Below are positions 62,725 to 64,000 of a stretch of 64,000 bases of DNA, in pieces. The position numbers were made by a program, and so were the translations under genes. Position 1 is the stretch's first letter; every line of letters begins with the position of its first letter. This DNA is from Callorhinchus milii (Eukaryota). Below the pieces are notes generated by a model, which made no database searches, had not been told where the DNA came from, and worked only from the letters and a program-made list of their open reading frames with translations. The DNA is taken from positions 96,226,001 to 96,290,000 of the forward strand of contig NW_024704742.1 of NCBI RefSeq assembly GCF_018977255.1, written 5' to 3'.

Positions 62725-63095
62725 ATGTGGTAGCCAATTTGCACACAATGTCCCACAAAAAGCCACAAAGTAAATGATCAGAGGCGAGAGTGGTGAGAGT
62801 AATGCAAGGATTAATGTTATTGTTAGAATTACAATTTTATTGGGGGGATTGTTAGCCAGGCCACCCTGAGAAACTCCTTTCACTTTTCGAATAGTGTTAT
62901 GGGATATTTAATGTGCACCTGAACAGGCAGGTAGAACCTTGGTTTAACATCTCACCCAAAAGATGGCACCTCCAACAATGCAACCCCCCCCCCCCCCACC
63001 TCCCAGCATTACATTGGAGTGTCATCTTAGACTGTATATCTTCCAAGCCCCAAAGTGGCACTTCACACAATCTTTTGGCTCAGAGGTGAAAGTGA
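62725..63095 (-). mobile_element. SacSINE1-like Deu SINE
   Basis: agccaatttgcacaca...cacctgaacaggcag...ggtttaacatctcacccaaaagatggcacctccaacaatgca...ctcagaggtgaaagtg. Confidence 0.82.
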
Positions 63096-63496
63096 CGAGG
63101 ATAATGCAAAGATTATTGTTTACAACTTGCCCTTCTCAGAGTGCTGCACAGTGTACACCAAGCAAGATTGAACACCAAGCAAGGGAATTTATCCTTGGAT
63201 GATACACATGTTCCATAAAATAGCACAGAATGAGTCTATAACATGGTAATTTCTATTAGGATTTCATAATAAGGATTCTGAGTTTCAATAATCAGTTCCT
63301 TTTGGTAATGAAAATTACATCATGTTGAACCATAAGAAAATTAAAAATCAAACTTNAAAATATAAAAGGAGAACACAAGGAGAGATACCGAAAGGGAAAA
63401 AGGAGAAAGATGATAATAAAATGTATTTGGAATGTCCTCCCAAGGTGTGAGGTGAATATGAATGCAATTTATTGTTTTTTTTGGTATACCACCTTT

Positions 63497-63860
63497 TATA
63501 ATAATAATCCTTGCATTTGATATAGAGCCGTATCACATTTTTGAAATATCTCAAAGCGCTTCACAGAATATACTGTAAAGTAAATTGACTGTATATTTTG
63601 TGGGTGAAATACAGCAGACAATTGCACAGAGCAGTGTCCCACAAACAGTCGTGAATTGAGTGACAACATAGTTATTATTTTTCATGTCGGATGGATGTCT
63701 CACAGAGCTTCGCGAGATTTACAGTCAAGTGCAGTGACTATGTATTTTGTAGTTGCACGCATCAGCCAATTTGTACACCACAACATCCAGCAAACAGTCA
63801 TGAAGGAAATGGCCAATTTTATCTGGGGGATTGTTGGCCAGGAACAACAAAAGAGCAACA
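63497..63860 (-). mobile_element. Two adjacent SINE 3' portions
   Basis: ataataatccttgcatttgatatag...gtcccacaaacagtc (63497-63670) and a second, decayed body to ttggccagga (63690-63860). Confidence 0.8.
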
Positions 63861-64000
63861 GAATGAAGACAGGAAGTATTTATCTTTTTTTAAATGTTTA
63901 AAGATGTGTCTTGAACATTTAGATTTTAGTGTTTTGTGGTTAATGATACAGTGCCTTTTGCTGACGTTTGTGCAGCTTCATTTATGTTGACATTGCTTAC

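Noticed and set aside
1..64000. CRISPR array, operon or prokaryotic defence system
   Set aside because: The DNA is vertebrate-type. Repeats are dispersed retroelements without regular repeat-spacer periodicity, and both RT types are ordinary CR1 and L2.

Overview
Eukaryotic, AT-rich and repeat-dense DNA, most likely from a cartilaginous fish (inferred from the CR1, L2 and Deu-domain SacSINE1-like SINE content). It reads as intergenic DNA or a large intron; I could not identify any host protein-coding gene. The long ORFs are LINE remnants: two CR1 copies (1-2164 and about 58075-59820) and a nearly intact 3' half of an L2 ORF2 (about 32090-33785). Most other listed ORFs are by-products of SINEs, LINE antisense strands or low-complexity DNA. 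The window holds many L2 3' ends, two SINE types with L2-type tails, a third old SINE-like family, several nested insertions and palindromic MITE-like elements. Less obvious items: a fossil Myb/SANT-like (PIF/Harbinger-type) ORF, a Tc1/mariner N-terminal fossil, a ~200-bp inverted-repeat pair spanning 1.8 kb with a perfect 23-bp core, an unclassified three-copy repeat with a conserved stem-loop, enhancer-like motif clusters and candidate non-coding exons. Boundaries were read by eye and are approximate. I found no well-supported novel biological system; the findings are leads only.
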